The notes: generated by a model not told the origin, from the letters alone. Shown: positions 25,790 through 40,420, counted from the stretch's first letter. The stretch: 64,000 bases of DNA from Octopus vulgaris (GCA_951406725.2 OX597816.1:80290001-80354000); one strand, 5' to 3'. Program-made: numbers and translations.

Positions 25790-26640
25790 TACTGAAGACT
25801 ACCGAACTCATTTAGTGAGCTTCTTGCATGTTTATCAGTTACCCATTAATTTTAGATATTTATTGATTAATGTGTGAAGTAGCAGCTAAATCACATCTTG
25901 TCGCCTTAAGGAGTCATAGAATAATCTAATACTAAGGCATGGTGGAAATCTGTGGACACTCTGGATAAGCCAACATATGGCTGTCCACATATGAATACTG
26001 GTCGTTCCGGTAAACATAAAGCAATCTTCTGAAATGTTTGCCATTGTGATTTATTAATTGTGAATGCCAATGTCAATTTAAAAGGAAATTGTTATTTAAT
26101 TAGTATAATTGGTAACTCTTCACCAACTGACGAATCAGTGAGTCTTAGAATAAAAACCGCTATTCTGTGATGTGGGCATCCAGTACCGATTTTGCCTTAA
26201 CGATTTTGCTCGAATGTGTTGAATAACTAAGCGTATACTGTTACACATGCCATTGTCTTGGTCAATTGTACGGAGAATGGTTATAGCATTAGTCTTTAAT
26301 TTTAATACGTACGATGGCAAATCTGAAATAGTTAATCTTTTTAAGTACTGTATAGAGGGTCATCTGAATGTGAACATTGATCTTGACTAAACAGAACCGT
26401 TTCATCTCCTGCAACTAGTTTTAGTATTTCTTCATTGATGAGATCAACAGCAACATTTTTTTAATGCTGGAATAGCCACTTTTGAAAATTTGTCTGGTTT
26501 TGGCATTTCTCAGTGACGTTTGTATTAAAAACAAATGGAACAATGTCATTGATCGCGAACAATTTCACATCTCTGGGGTATAAAAAGTTTTACTATTCCT
26601 CTAACACAGGTCCATTTTCTATTCGGAGAATGAATTTATT
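25790..26640 (-). pseudogene. Helitron Pif1-like helicase relic
   Basis: PSYVLKLK...GMCNSIRL; QFPFKLTLAFTINKSQWQTF; PVF..GQPYVGLSRV; possible 3' hairpin at ~25804-25827. Confidence 0.85.
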
Positions 26641-26967
26641 GAACTGAATTTGTTGAACGGAATTTGTTTTATTTTCTTCTTCTGAATTCTATGCATAAGA
26701 TTTAACCGCATATTTTCTGTCAGTTGAATAGCTTTTACATGTTTCCATAAAGAATACTTATCGAAAATACTGCCCATAATCTATGAAAAGAATCTTTTTG
26801 AAATCTAAGATAAATATTTTAGTAAGGTACTCATTCGAATGAAATACATCTATTCGTTGCAAGTTTATAATAATACTTTATTTCCATTTTCACTTATACT
26901 TTGCATTAAGAAATGTACAGTGAAAGAACGACATAGTGAAAATTCATAAGACGAAAACATGCTTTCA

Positions 26968-27002
<35 letters not shown>

Positions 27003-27008
<6 letters not shown>

Positions 27009-27725
27009 CAATATTGATGGTAAGGATTACTACGAAGTTGCATTACATAACCTTTAATACTTTAACTTATATACCGCCTTCCATGGACCAACATATGTTT
27101 CAATTGTAAAAGTTGCAATTGCAACCATACTATAAAATCAGTGCAGTTTTTTCAGGGGCTTTACTTGATATCCTTCGATCTGGTCGTTTAAAGATTTTCT
27201 TTCCTCTACTCTGCATTGTATAATGTAGAGCTGTCCATTACGTTAGACGCGAACAATCTACATTTGGAGTTTTTATTGGATAATCATTTTTAGTCCATTA
27301 TTTCAAAACCTTCTATTGTTTCAATGATAATTATTCATTTATACTTGGCAAGTGTAAATTTTCTCATGTGAAAGCATCTCGATGCTTGTTCTTGTCTTGA
27401 ATTTATTATATTATATTACCCTTGGATGTGAATATCCGGTAAAATTCTTCTAAACATAAGTCACATCTATTGGTTCCAGGTCTGTATGGTTTTTATAATA
27501 CAAATTAATTCCCATTCAATTGCCTAGTCTCTGTTACTGTCCTTAAAAGAACAGATTAATTTGCTAATACTCTAATGGAACATTTTATTTTTGTCTTTAA
27601 ATGAACTCAAATCATTTGCCAGTCTCTTCCTGAAAATGAATGATGTTCCAGCGATGTAAAAGAATTCCTTACCCTCAAATGTAACTTCACACACATACAC
27701 ACACACACACACACACATACACACA

Positions 27726-27768
<43 letters not shown>

Positions 27769-29350
27769 TACATTTTTAGTCTTACACTTATTTTCCACAT
27801 AACAGGATTCCCGATTAGAACAATTGCAAAGGTAATCTATATTTCTCTCAAATTTAGTTTTAATTTGATCAATCATTGTAGAATTATATTCATTTTCACC
27901 AAATTCTCTATCACTATTTACTCCTTTAGATAACACTATTTTTGTTCTAATTCTAGCTGAACTTTTATTCGATTTGACGTTATTAACCTTGTTTACTTGG
28001 GTTGTTTCCATTTTCACATTTAAATTCCTAGCGTTCCCTTCTATTTGAGCTTTTTAATTCCGTTTGATGTCATTATGCTTAACATTTACTACACCATTCT
28101 GATTGTAATCGCATAAATCAGTAACTTGCGCCGAATCCAAAGAACCCATAGCTATGTCAAAAATATCCGTTCTATACTTTCTAATGCAGTATTTATTCTC
28201 AAATATAATGATAGATTTTTTAGCCGCCAGAATAACATCTATTTCAATCCTAGTTATTTCTGAACTTTTCCTTAGCAAACATCAGTGCCTTATTATGTAG
28301 TATTTGGTTTATAGAGGCATAGTAATTTGAAATATCTACCTGAATAAATTTAGTTTTATACTTATTTTGTATTTGTGTAAACCAGTTAATCACTTCATAT
28401 AAACTGAACCAAATATTTAACTTTATTATGTTCCTAAGTTTCGGTTTATATTTATCTAATATGAATTTACTAATTTTACCAAGATCAGATTTAGGACATA
28501 TAAATCTAACAGTTGGATTTATATGAAAATTAAGTTTATGATCCTTAAACATTCTTGGTATCTTAGGTTCATGAGGTTTTGTTTTATTTTCCAAATTATA
28601 TCTTAGCATAATTTTTTGCTTGAAGGTTACGCTGTTTCAGGTTTTTGGAACCCGGAATCTTATAGTTTTTAATTATCTGTTTCTGTAGAAGTGAGTGATA
28701 CATTGGGTAGTTTAAATGCTATAGGTTACCCGTTTTATTAACATGAACAAGAATTCCATTATCTTTCAAAAGTTCTTCTAAAGTATGCAGTTCTTGAAGA
28801 TATTTGTTCTTCATAAGAGGAAATTTATGAAATTTTACATTTTAAATAATTCTCCAGAGTTCATCTTCGGTAGGGGCAAATGTTGGTTAGATGGTGGGTA
28901 TCGTCTTATTTTAAAATTTTGCTGTATGTTATTATAATATTTTAAAGATACTTTTTATCAGGAATGTAGGTTTTCCATCTCATACGATACATAAAAGAAT
29001 TTATCTTATATATGAGGTCGTTAATATATTCTTTCCTCGGTGGCTGTGGAATGTCTTTCAGGGATGCTTCAATGCTTGTCTTCTCCATAATCAGGTAAAT
29101 AGTTTAATTAGCGCGTTGAGTAACGATAATAATTATATTTGTAAACAGTAGGAGATTAGCCCAAAGCGATTACCGGTTTGCTCTCAGTAAGTTATTCAAA
29201 ATATGTTATTCAACAGTTAGCACATAAATCCAATAAAGTTCTTATAAGATAGGAAATTAGCTGATATTTTTGAATATATCTCCTTAACCATACAGGTTTC
29301 CATGAGTATAAATATTAACAAAATTAATAAGAATTACTACGAAGTTGCAT
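27003..29350 (-). mobile_element. Penelope-like element with disrupted ORF (29088 to 27335) and ~40-bp terminal direct repeat
   Basis: MEKTSIEASLKDIPQP; KDHKLNF; FIQVDISNYYASI; MGSLDSAQVTDL; CNCSNRESC; RCFHMRKF; attactacgaagttgcat at both ends; YxDD region appears deleted. Confidence 0.88.
27086..27159 (-). ncRNA. Decayed hammerhead in the PLE 3' terminal region
   Basis: gccc-CTGAAAA-aactg...caatt-GAAA-catatg-TT-ggtc; G8A uncompensated. Confidence 0.6.
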
Positions 29351-29599
29351 AGTTTGATGTATGCATACATACATATATAATCACGTACAAACATATACAT
29401 ATTGTGTGTGTGTGTGTGTGTGAACTTATCTTTGCATCAGATGTGTAACTGGAGTAACTTTGTAACTCCGATCTTAGACAATATATTGAAATCAGTTTGC
29501 TAGTAGTTGCTCACCTCCTGGTCGTCGTAGTACACTATTATATATATATATATACATACACACACATACATGCAAAAACACACACACATACATATATAC

Positions 29600-29933
29600 A
29601 ATGGCCAAGTGGTTAGGGCAGCGGACTCGCGGTCATAGGATCGCGGTTTCGATTCCCAGACCAGGTGTTGTGAGTGTTTATTGAGCAAACTCACCTTCAG
29701 TTCAACGAGGCTCCGGCAGGAGGTGGAGGTAAACCCTAGTGTATTCTTTCACCACAGTTTTCCTCTTGTTTCTGTTGTACCTGCATTTTAAAAGCCCAGC
29801 CTTGTCACGCTGAATCTCCCAGAGAGCTACGTTAAGGGTACATTTGTCTGTGGACTGCTCAGCCACTTGCACGTTAATTTCAGGAGCAGGCTGTTCCGTT
29901 GATCGGATCAACGTAACCGACGGAGTGCCACGA

Positions 29934-29935
<2 letters not shown>
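29600..29935 (+). mobile_element. tRNA-derived SINE family B
   Basis: tggccaagtggttagggcagcggactcgcggtc...gtttcgattcc head; homologous to 36790-37145. Confidence 0.85.
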
Positions 29936-29971
<36 letters not shown>

Positions 29972-30085
29972 CTTTATATAATTAGGGCTCAGCAAAAAAA
30001 AAAATTGCTTTGCCACATAACGAACTTTTAGAAATAGCAGCCAAAGAATTTAGCTATTTCTTCTAAAGTATATTATATCTCTTAG

Positions 30086-30125
<40 letters not shown>

Positions 30126-30829
30126 TGAGAGAGAGTCGGGGAGAGATTGAAGGAGAGAGGTCCTACCTGTGTGCATATGTGAATGAATGATAGTATACGA
30201 GTATATGTTGCCCTTGCAGTAAAATAGGGTATTGTAGATAAATATTGTGGTAACATATCCTCGAAGCAATGTATCACGAACGGTCATTGGAGCACAAGGG
30301 ATAGCCAAAGATTTGGGTTATATAGCGTATCATGCATATTAGCAAAGATAGACAGACATTAAACCCACCCGTAGTAATTGATTCACAGTTTATGTTAGCG
30401 AGCGTGGAAAGATACACAGGCAATGTTGAACATAGCGAATTTTAATTCTGAACGTAAAGAGCCGGTTCAAATAGGGTAAGCTCATCGTGCTAACGTTTTC
30501 CTAAGCCACCACCTATTTATTTTTTATTCTATCTCGACATCAAAATGAAAAATTTGAGTAGAGGAAAAGAGAATGATGTAATCTTCATGCATATCTCAAC
30601 GATGTAAATATATAAATTGAAATGGTTTAAGCGATAATAGAATCTCTGTGTGATGAACACTTCAAAAGAAAAAAATATGTTTCTGTCATTCTAAAGTGCT
30701 CTTTACTCCTTTTCGAATGTACGGTTTTCTAAAGGCTTGAATAATGTAGAATTTCTATTACGAATCTTTCTATTATGAATTTGTAACCTAATGTCAACCT
30801 TTTAAATATATCGTCTTTCTATTATAATC

Positions 30830-31020
30830 ACAATGCCTGAAACTCATGTGGAAGTGGGTGCGTTAGATTATATCGATCCTAGAAATCAACTGGTACTTAT
30901 TTTATCGACTATGAAAAGATAAGTCACCCTCGGCGGAATTTGAACTCAAAACGTGAATCTGGAAGAATACAACTATGCATTTTGTCTGGCGTGGTAACGA
31001 TCCTGCCAACTCGCCTGCTT
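30830..31020 (-). mobile_element. SINE family A
   Basis: ctggtacttattttatcgac...cctcggcggaatttgaactc. Confidence 0.8.
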
Positions 31021-31448
31021 CCTTTGAATATATATTGAAACCACGTTGCTCTTCCAAGTAACTGGTGCTTATAGTTTACACTAAACTATTCTCTTACGCT
31101 AAAAGTATGACCAACCCAAGTGTTGGTTTCAATTCTAGAATCTTCTGCAAATTAAATTATGTAAATGCACTTGTGATGCGGGTAGGTCTTGAAAACCTTG
31201 TTCACGAGTATATGATTTCATGGATGGTAGAGGATGTGTAAATTGCGTAAAACAATTTAATCTCCATGTTCAGTGAGACGTGATCAGTCAGCCAATTCGG
31301 AAGAATGTTTCGTGAATTCTCTGCTATGGATTCAGATTAAAACACAGGTTCAGCCTCTTTCTTTCCATTACCTACCACATCAACATGACATTCCTTTATC
31401 GTCTCCCGGGGAAATTAAGCTATATATATAAATACATACTTCCACACA

Positions 31449-31494
<46 letters not shown>

Positions 31495-31557
31495 GTGCAT
31501 GTGTGTATTTTTGTTTGTATATGAATATGTGTGTGTGTATACAGATGCACACTCATG

Positions 31558-31599
<42 letters not shown>

Positions 31600-33192
31600 T
31601 ACATATACACTTAAATATTCATATATACATATGCATATCTATATATGCATACATAAGTTCAAGAATAAGGATCAATGTGGTGTGATATCTGCAAACGGCA
31701 ACAGGTGTTAATCTTTGAAGGAACAACGCTGACTTTGTTAATTCGTGATTCCGATAGAGTAGAATAGAGTCGGTTAAAGTAGATTAGAGTAGAGTAGTGC
31801 AATGAGAGCAGGAATTTTGTTTCATCCTTGGTTGCACTTGACATATCGCTGGCATTTTACGTAATTGTGCAATGAAGCAGCTCAGATCAATACTGACATC
31901 TTGGCTTGAGTTGTGTTGGGAAGAAATTGATCAAATGTCGTTTGTTGTTCCCTCAGGCATTGACTAAATTTTACTTGTGAATCGATATCAATACCAGCTA
32001 GCAGCATGATGTAAAAACAATTCACCAACCACCAGCCACCGACAACACCAACCCAATCGGCTTACAACGTCTTCGACCTATAATTTTGCTAGTTTCTAGC
32101 ATCGATCGGCTCTTGATTAGATTTCAGTGAGCAAAAAAAAAAGAAAAAGGCAAGATAGTAATAATATAAAATAATAAAAATATCTATTCAAGGTAAGAGC
32201 AGTAGCAAGCTACTGCTGCCACTACCACTACAACTATTAATTTTGCTGCTGCTACTACTACTACCACTAATAGTAATACTAATACTATCTAAACACTATC
32301 ATAATTATGAGCGGATGGGGTTGAGCCGAAAAGCGCTTCGACATAGTTGCTAGAATTGTTAAATATAGCAGTTAAATCCCCTTCTAATCACGCTATACCA
32401 TCTTTGAAAGAAAAGGAAGATACATTGAATAATATAGTCTTCGATAGACTATATTATTTTCGATGTGTCAAAAGAAAAGAAATGAAAGCTGAGGTAGATA
32501 CGGCTTGAAAAGCTTTGATGATAAGTCTCTCCAATCAAAGCTAATTTGAGACTAGACAACTAATTTGCAGGAGTTGCTGCTGCTACTACTGCTGCTGCTA
32601 ATCTAGTGATTACGATAATCCTCATATCATACTGGATCAAAGCAGGTAGTGACACATATATAGGAGACTGGAATGTTCCATTGAATTAATTTCTGAAAGC
32701 GTTTTATAGATATTTCAATAAATGTAGAAATAGATAATACAAAGTTGATCTCAGCGGGATTTGAAGTCATAGCATAGCAGATTATTTAGCTCTGGCTAAA
32801 TCCCTTTTATTATTATTGAGCTGGCAGAATCGTTCGCACACCAAGCAAAACATTTAGCGGTATTTTGTCTGTCCTTACTTTCTGAGCTCAAATTCCGCCG
32901 CGGTCGACTTTGCCTTTCATCTTTTCGGTGTCGATAAATTAAGCATCAATTGAGCCCTGGGGTCCATTAATCGACTAGCCCCTCTCCCAAAATTTCAGTA
33001 GAAAGGATTACTACTACTACTATTACTATATTGTTATTACTAAGTGACACTGGGGTACACATATATGAAACCCAATATACCCATCATGACTACCCATCTG
33101 ATAAGAGTACACCAGGTACATGCATCTCAACCATATGTGCGTGACATGGTGATCTCATATCATTCTTCAAGTCGAATAGCCCATCATCATCA

Positions 33193-33227
<35 letters not shown>

Positions 33228-33229
33228 GG

Positions 33230-33274
33230 TTTGAATAACATTTCAGCAGATCATCTGTCTTCTTCAGTTTCAAA
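33230..33274 (-). ncRNA. Near-intact minimal hammerhead
   Basis: tttgaaa-CTGAAGA-agacagatgatctgct-GAAA-tg-TT-attcaaa; 1.1/2.1 mismatch and stem III CG changed to TG. Confidence 0.65.
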
Positions 33275-33346
33275 ATGTAAAATGGAAATCTTGCGTTCCA
33301 ATTCAAATAAAATTACATCATCAATGCTGACTTTCATAATTGGTAA

Positions 33347-33378
<32 letters not shown>

Positions 33379-36300
33379 AGAAAAATGTTAAATAGGAAAA
33401 TATTTTTCTCAAATCACCGCGGAGGTCAGTTTAAATTTTCATCCTTTTAGTGTCGATAAAATAAGTACTGGCGTCGATGTAATGGATTTCCACCTTTCCC
33501 TCAAAACAGCTGGCCCTGTGTCAAAATTTGAAATCGTTATTATTACTGCAGCAGCAGTAGGGATATCGAAATACTGCAAGGCATTTTGTCTGACGCTTTA
33601 ACGATTCTTCTAATCCAATGCTCTACAACCAAGCGTGTAATAGTTTCTATCATAAGCTCAGTGTCACAATTTTGTTTATTGGTGATAATGGAAAGTTAGT
33701 CAATCGGCCTCTGTATTTACCCGGTACTTTATTTTATTGTCCTCGGAAGCATAAACTAGGAATGTGACCTGGACAAAATTTGAACTCAAAATGTCGGACA
33801 AAATTCCTTGCAATATATAAATTGTGGTACTTTCTGCACCGAGGTCAATCTACGTCAACTTTGCCTTTCAACTTTCAAGTAAAAATTCCAGTGAAGTACT
33901 GAAGTTAATGTAATCTTACTCACTATGTCGCCCAGTAATGAGGGCTCATGTCTTAGTGATTAGGGTGTTGCATTTGCGAGTTCGCGATTTCAATTCTTGA
34001 ACCGGCTGGTGCGTTGTGCTCTTGAGCAAAACAATTCCGGTAAAGTTTTTCTGCAATCACCTCAACACCTGACGTGTTGTACACCTGTTAAAGCAACATT
34101 GATTTTTTTTGTTTTGTTTTGTAGAGTTAATTAAGGTACAACACACACATTTCATCCTTATAAACAAATCATTTGTGCAAGTTGTTCAGCTAAAAATTGC
34201 AGAATCATCTTTCCCGGACTTTGAGAGATTACCATCATATCATCCTCCACCAAAATATTCGACCCTGGGGTAAAATATAAATCGGTAGTGAATATTATCA
34301 AAAATATAAATGAAGAATGATAATGTTATCTATAATAGGCAAAATGTCACAATTTTTAACGGCAGGAATATATATATATATATACGTAGTAATTTTCAAG
34401 TATTTGTTTTATCAACCACGAAAGAAGACGAGTAAAGTTGACCTCAGCAAAATACGAAACCTCGCATGTTGAGATATGCAAATTACATAATGTATGAAAA
34501 TTTACCTGGCGCTCCACTAGTTATTCTACTCAAAGCACGGTTATCAACGGTTTCTTTTGTAGGCACACAGCCAGCAATTTGCGATACCATCGACACCGGT
34601 TCTTGGACTGATTCTTTATTTTATTAACCCACGAAAGGATGAAAGATAAAGTTGACCTCGATGGGATTTGAACTTAGAACGCCCAATTATAATAATTTCT
34701 CGTCTAGTCTTGTTCCATCTACAGTAAATGTCTAGCTTTGTATTTAGAGTTACAAGTCAAATATCTGTATTTCCGTAGTAGATTGACTTCATCGAGTTCG
34801 GAAGGATACAAAGCAGCTTCTTTTATAAAATCCAGAAGGATAAAAAACAAATGTACCCCGATGGTAAGTGAACTCAGAACAGAATTCTCTTCATCCCTAT
34901 TTTTTTCTCAAAAACTTTAATCATATTCAAACAGCGATTTAGATTTTGCTTATATTTAAGGAACAACTGTGCTGATGCATTTTTTAAAATTTCTGCAAGG
35001 TGGTTTTGTTATTCCAAAAATCGGTGAGGGGTAATTTAAAAAAAGGATAATTAATTTTCAAAAACAAAAAACAAAATCAGATTTATAATCTGCTATTTTT
35101 GTACATCTTAGACAATATTGTCCAATGAGCTCTTTATGTTATACGATATTAGATGTGTGACTTGAGGATGATCTGGTTGTTATTTCTAGTATGTTGGGTG
35201 TCTCCGTGCCTTTTGTCGTCAGCATGCATCCACACATATATACAAACGAAGAGAAGAGTACAAAATAATCCAAAACTTTGGTACCGGAGCGAGTATGGAT
35301 ATTCCAAACTCTAGGAGGAAGAAAATAGCAGTTAAAAACCAAAATTATGTTTCAATCAAATCTCTGTATTTGTTAACATAGAATTCAATAAATATAAATT
35401 CAAAACCAAACATTTCGCATGTGACAGAAACTAAAATTTTGGCAACTGAGATTTTTAGCAAATCTTTAATCTCCGTGTTGAAAACGTGGGTCTGAGTACC
35501 TCCACAACGTCCTGCTATAAACGGTCATAACTTCCTATTATGAGGTATTTCGACCGTTGCTTTACCAATTATAATATACAACATCAAATTATAATTGCGT
35601 TTCTTTCTTTTTTTTTCCACATCAGTGCAACACCAGAAATAAGCGGCGAGAAGTAAATCGAGGCTTTATCAATTCTGCCTGTCTACTTGGACGGGAAATT
35701 TAGGGGGATTGAGTAGTCGATTACGTCAGGTGGTATCTATTTTATCGATATCTAAAGAAGGAAAAAGGAAGTCGACTCCGGCAGAATTTGAACTCGAAGC
35801 ATAAAGAGCAAAAAGAAATACCGCGAACTAATTTCTCCAATGCGACATTCCTGTAATTTCGTCGCTTTGACCACGATAATTCTTCTGTAGGTACAAGGCC
35901 TGAAATTTGGAGAAAAGGGTTAGACGAATACAGCGATCCAAGTGTTCAACTGATAGTTATTTTATCGACCCCGAATGGATGAAAGGCAAAGTCGACCTCG
36001 GTGGAATTTGAGCTAAGAACGTAAAGTCGGAAGAAAATATACCTAAGTATTTTGGCGTGCTAAATTTTGCCAGCTCGCCGCTTTGACCACTACTATAACT
36101 GTTAATATCTTAGGCACAAAGCCAAAAATTTAGGGAAAAGGGCAGTCGATTATAGGCTCCAGAACTGGGCTGGTATTTTATTATATTCCCCACTACCACC
36201 ACCACCCCATATTGAAGAAAGATTAAGTTCACCATGGCGATATTTGAGCACTTAGAACGTAAAGAACTGAAACTAAATACCACATAATGTTTACGACGCT

Positions 36301-36789
36301 CTACCTATTCTATCAATCCATCACTCTTCACAAGCACTTACAATAAGTTTTTCTACTATAGACACACTTGTGGGAGGGGCTACTCGATGTTATCGACTCC
36401 AGTTCTTGGTAGGTACATTTTTGTGTCGGTCCCAAAAGGATGGAATCCGACATCGGTGGAATTTAATCTTAGAACGTAAAGACAGACGAAATGCCGCTAA
36501 ACAGTTTGTTCGGCGTGCTAACCATTCTGCCAACTCCCTACCTAACAGGTTCTTAAAGTAATTCTCTCTACTCTAGGCACAATGCCAGCAATTTTGTGAA
36601 AGGAGAATGGGTCGATTACATCGACTCCCAAAAGGAGTCAAATGAAAGGTAAAGACGACCTCGGCGGAAATTGAACTAAGAACGTAAAGAAGGACGAAAT
36701 GCCACTGAGCATTTTGTCCGGCGTTTTAACGATCCCAGCTCGCCGCCTTAATAGGTCTTCATAATAATAGATTCTTATTTAGATATAGT

Positions 36790-37145
36790 GGAGGCACAAT
36801 GGCCCAGAGGTTAGGGCAGCGGACTTGCGGTTTCGATACCTAGACCGGGCGTTGTGAATGTTTATTGAGCGAAAACAAAACACTTAAAGCTCCACGAAGC
36901 TCTGGCAAAGGATGATGGCGAACCCTGCTGTATTCTTTCACTGTATTCTTTATCACTCTTCCTTCCTGTTTCTGTTGCACCTGTATTTCAAAGGGCCAGC
37001 CTTGTCACACTCTGTGTCACGCTGAATCTCCCCGAGAACCACGTCAAGGGTACACGTGTTTGTGGAATGCTCAACCATTTGCACGCTAATTTCATGAGCA
37101 GGATGTTCCGTTGATTGGATCAACTGGAACCCTCGTCGTCGTAGT
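36790..37145 (+). mobile_element. SINE family B
   Basis: ggaggcacaatggcccagaggttagggcagcggacttgcgg; body matches the 29600 copy. Confidence 0.85.
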
Positions 37146-37643
37146 AATTTAGGTATAAGGCCAGCAACTTTGAGGTTTGTGGATAAGTCGATTACATTGA
37201 TCCAGTAGTTGGTGGATACGTTATTTTATCGACCTCGAAAGGTCAAAAGATGAAGTTGTCCTCGTTGGGAATTGAACCATTTATATTCTGAGTGGAAATT
37301 CTGCCGAGGTTAACTTTGCCTTTCATCTCTTCACAGTAGCAGAAATTAAGAACCAATACAGGAATCGATGAGAGCGAAAAAATATACTCCCCTCAGAAAT
37401 GGCTGGCCTTGAACCTAAATCAGAAACATCCACTTGTAATAATGGTCACCATTTACATTTGTACAATATTATGTATTGTCACAAACTACAAAGTTTAGAG
37501 TAGAAGTGTAGTTGTTTGAATATTCACTAGTATCTCACTAATATTCTATATTTTTGACCCGAATGAGAGAAGGATTGAAAGTCGGTGTCTGCGGTATTTG
37601 AATGAAAAGAGACGTAAATAACCGTACCATGGCAATTAACACC

Positions 37644-37838
37644 CTAGGACAATTTCTCCCCATAGGACAATTCCCCTTGACCCCTTGATGACAACTACCT
37701 CCCAGAACAATTACCCCCTTTGGTTAATTACCCATTCTCCAATATTTTAAGAAGTTTTGAACCATTATATGTTGTCCTCAGGGGTAACTGTCCTGGGGGT
37801 GGGAGGTTATTGTCCATGGGGTGGGATAAATGTCCTAG
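37644..37838. mobile_element. Foldback-type MITE with internally repeated TIRs
   Basis: ctaggaca...tgtcctag ends; ggacaatt(a/c)ccc-like units on the left mirrored by ggggtaactgtcc-like units on the right. Confidence 0.75.
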
Positions 37839-39409
37839 ACTACTAAGTAACTGCTGCAGGACATTTTTCCGATGATCTACCGAATTCGCTATTAGATGTT
37901 TATTATCTTTCAACAGTCATAATAATAATCTTTTCTACTACTTGGCCACAAAACCCGAAATTTTGTTGGAGGGGTAAGCTGATTACATCGATCCAAATAT
38001 GCTCAATAGGTACTTATTCTATTGACCCTGAAAAAGCGAAAGAAAAAGTCAACCTCGGCGGTATTTGAACTCAAAACGTAGACAGACGAAATGCCGTTAA
38101 GTATTTTATCTGGCGTGCCTACGATTCTGTCCGCTCACCGCGTTAACAGTTATAATAATAATCCTTTCTACAAAGGGAATTTGAGGGGAGAAGAATAGTC
38201 GATCCCATCGATCCCAGTACTTTACTGGTACTCCTTTTCTCGACTCCGAAAGGGTGAAAGACAACGTCGATATCAGTGGAATTTAAATTTTATACAAATT
38301 TGAACTTACTTTATGTAAGTGGAATTTGAACTTACTTTATCGACTTCGAAAGCGTGAAAGGCAAAGTCGACCTCGGCGGAATTTGAACTCCGAACGTAAA
38401 GACGAACGAAATGCCACTAAGCATTTTGCCTGGCGCGCTGACGATTCTGCTAGCTCGTCGCCTTAACATTTATAATAATAATTTCTTACATAGAGACGAG
38501 GCCAGGAATTTAGTGGTGGTAAGCAGTCAAATACACTCATTTCATTCCTTGACTGGTATTGTATTTCACTGAGTCGGGAAGGATGTAGGACTAAGTCGAC
38601 CTTCACAGAAATTGAACTTAGAACGGAAAGAACTGAACGATGCGGCAAGGCATTCTGATCGACATTTAAACGATCCTTCCCATCCACTGCAAACGCTGTG
38701 GATTGTTTTTAATATAGGCTAATGACATGGTATATTTTTAGCGGGAGAGGATTGTCAATTAAATTGATCCTAACACTTTACAGCACTTTATTTTATCGAC
38801 CTCAGAGGAATGAAAGGCAAAGTTAACCTCAGTGGAATTTGAACTTGGAATGTAAATCATCTTAACCCAATACCACAGAGCATTTAATCTAACGCTCTAT
38901 CATTTATTATTATTTTTTTTGTTTTTGTTTTGCAATCGTGTTTCTCGTTATCGTGTGAAAAATTATCAGAAGAGCTTTTCACAGTTGAATATTGACATAG
39001 TCTTTTATTTTCAATTTGATTTTTCAAATAATTGTTTGCACAAAAAAATAAAATTGTCGATTTGTACAGGTTGTTTGGATATTTTCCATAAAGGATTTTC
39101 TAACAAAACTGTTTGTAATCAGTTAATAAATTGATGCTAGTAATCTGTCTCAGCAAGAGATCGAATATTATCGACGATTATTTGGCGCTATTGGTTGATC
39201 GATTATTTCCGTGAATCAAATGATTTTTGCAATCTCTTGAAACGGATGATCGAAGTGGTATTGTCAATTTATAGCGCATATTACAGGTATTTCGTTGGAA
39301 GTATGGTAGGATGAATGTATTGATGTTTGTGTACTAGCAGTGATTAAAAATCTAAAGAAGTCTGGAAAACAGGAAATCCGAGGTGAAAGTTCACTCCTAA
39401 CCTCATCTG

Positions 39410-40420
39410 TACACCACCATTGCCCTGCAATGATCACTACAACTATAGCCGCTATTACAATGACCAGTAATACCGCGTTGCATATTAACTCTAATACTTG
39501 CTGCATCACAATCAACTACAACACCACAAACACCAATTGAAGGGCAGTCAAAATTAACATTAGTACTGTGGCTTTTTATGGCCATCAACATCATCCATAA
39601 CCTCCGCTACTCCCTCTGATACCACCATTATCACTACTATCACAACTTCAAATATCACCATCACATCACCAATCACTATCATAACCACACCACTAACCAT
39701 CACAAAAACCAGAGCCACAAACAAAATCCCCAATTCTCTCAGCTAATGTTCAATAAAAACGAGTTTCACCGTAATTACTTTTACCACACACAGGAGTCAC
39801 TAAGCGGTCGTTAGACATAGCAGAAATAACAGTCGAATCCCACCCTACCATATTGAAATCGGAAACACAGACTGGACAATGTATGTGGTATATTTTACTG
39901 AAAAAAGTGTTTGCCACCATCATTACGTTCACCACTATCATTATCTACCCCTCCAACATATCCTCTCTTACGTCTCTATCATCACTATAGGCATCAAGAA
40001 CAACATAACTCTACAAATATACCACCGATACAATCAATATCACTATCAGCATTACCAGCAAGATTCAACGTCCTTCCTCACCGTAACTGTCGAGAAAATT
40101 CCCCGTCATCATTCCACTTTATTACTAAAAACGCTGCAAGACTCACACTCATCAGCACATAACAATCGCCACTATTATCCACTTTCATTATCATTGCTGT
40201 TGATGCTGCTGCTGGCGGCGCTACTACTACTACTACTATTACCATTATAAACGTTCGCATCACTACACTCACTGCGAACGTCACTATTGCTAACATCAGC
40301 GTTATCTTTACTGTCATTATTAACACAAACACCACCACCAACAACTCCGAAATTACTATTAACTGCAGCCCTGAATTATTCTCTATCCGGACAACGAATA
40401 ACACAGTAAAACTACACATG
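39410..40420. repeat. Decayed trinucleotide (CAT/CAC/TAC) low-complexity region
   Basis: 3-nt periodicity; no recognisable protein. Confidence 0.7.

Larger units (their letters stand above)
32720..38900. mobile_element. Dense cluster of roughly 20 SINE family A copies and fragments, mostly minus strand
   Basis: Recurrent tttatcgacccc...aaagtcgacctcggcggaatttgaactc (e.g. near 35960, 36650, 38040, 38340, 38790); plus-strand copies near 32820, 33410, 33830, 37290. Confidence 0.9.

Noticed and set aside
29600-29665. tRNA gene (also 2040, 36795, 43841)
   Set aside because: SINE heads: no complete cloverleaf and they continue into repeat bodies
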